From contig CBDAON010000004.1 of the NCBI GenBank assembly GCA_965198065.1, positions 512,001 through 576,000 on the forward strand: a DNA stretch of 64,000 bases. The letters are read 5' to 3'. The notes beneath the pieces are model-generated. The model was not told where the DNA came from and searched no databases. It was given only the letters and a program-made list of their open reading frames with translations. The first letter of the stretch is position 1. Each line of letters begins with the position of its first letter. Made by a program: the position numbers and the translations under genes. The stretch comes from Longimicrobiales bacterium. Lineage in GTDB: Bacteria > Gemmatimonadota > Gemmatimonadetes > Longimicrobiales > Gaopeijiaceae. Below, piece by piece: positions 63,999-64,000 of the stretch.

Positions 63999-64000
63999 CA

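Overview
GC-rich bacterial DNA. Gene order and content suggest Gemmatimonadota (inference). There are three zones. (1) 1-~34.7 kb is a decayed accessory mosaic. It holds three IS3-family copies (two near-identical direct copies bracket ~20 kb), an IS256 element, an intact E. coli-type frdABCD, a split PEP-utiliser phosphotransferase pair, TetR and BlaI/M56 modules, a cutinase-like hydrolase, an IS-disrupted 2Fe-2S/class III cyclase/Rieske gene, a Pycsar-effector-like (DUF5706) fragment, a tRNA-Val cut at the anticodon loop, a nirK-cytochrome c fusion, a translationally coupled radical SAM / CobW-GTPase-methyltransferase / flavoprotein reductase operon, and a P460-fold cytochrome. (2) ~34.8-55.6 kb is a minus-strand core block: GDPD, tilS, hpt, ftsH, folP, cdaA, exbB, exbD x2, yggS, divIVA, PNP, ileS (type 2, GLHH motif), rluD, a double-AAA+ DnaA-like protein, DUF4388-TPR and a peptidase. 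(3) Beyond a 3' half-tRNA (att-like, ~55.8 kb) lies an island with a His-rich double-RAPP upstream ORF, a TolC-MFP-CusA/CzcA metal efflux operon and c-type cytochrome lipoproteins. The best candidates for an undescribed system are the RAPP-uORF-controlled metal efflux module and the rSAM/CobW-methyltransferase operon. All family calls come from motif recognition by eye, with no database searches.
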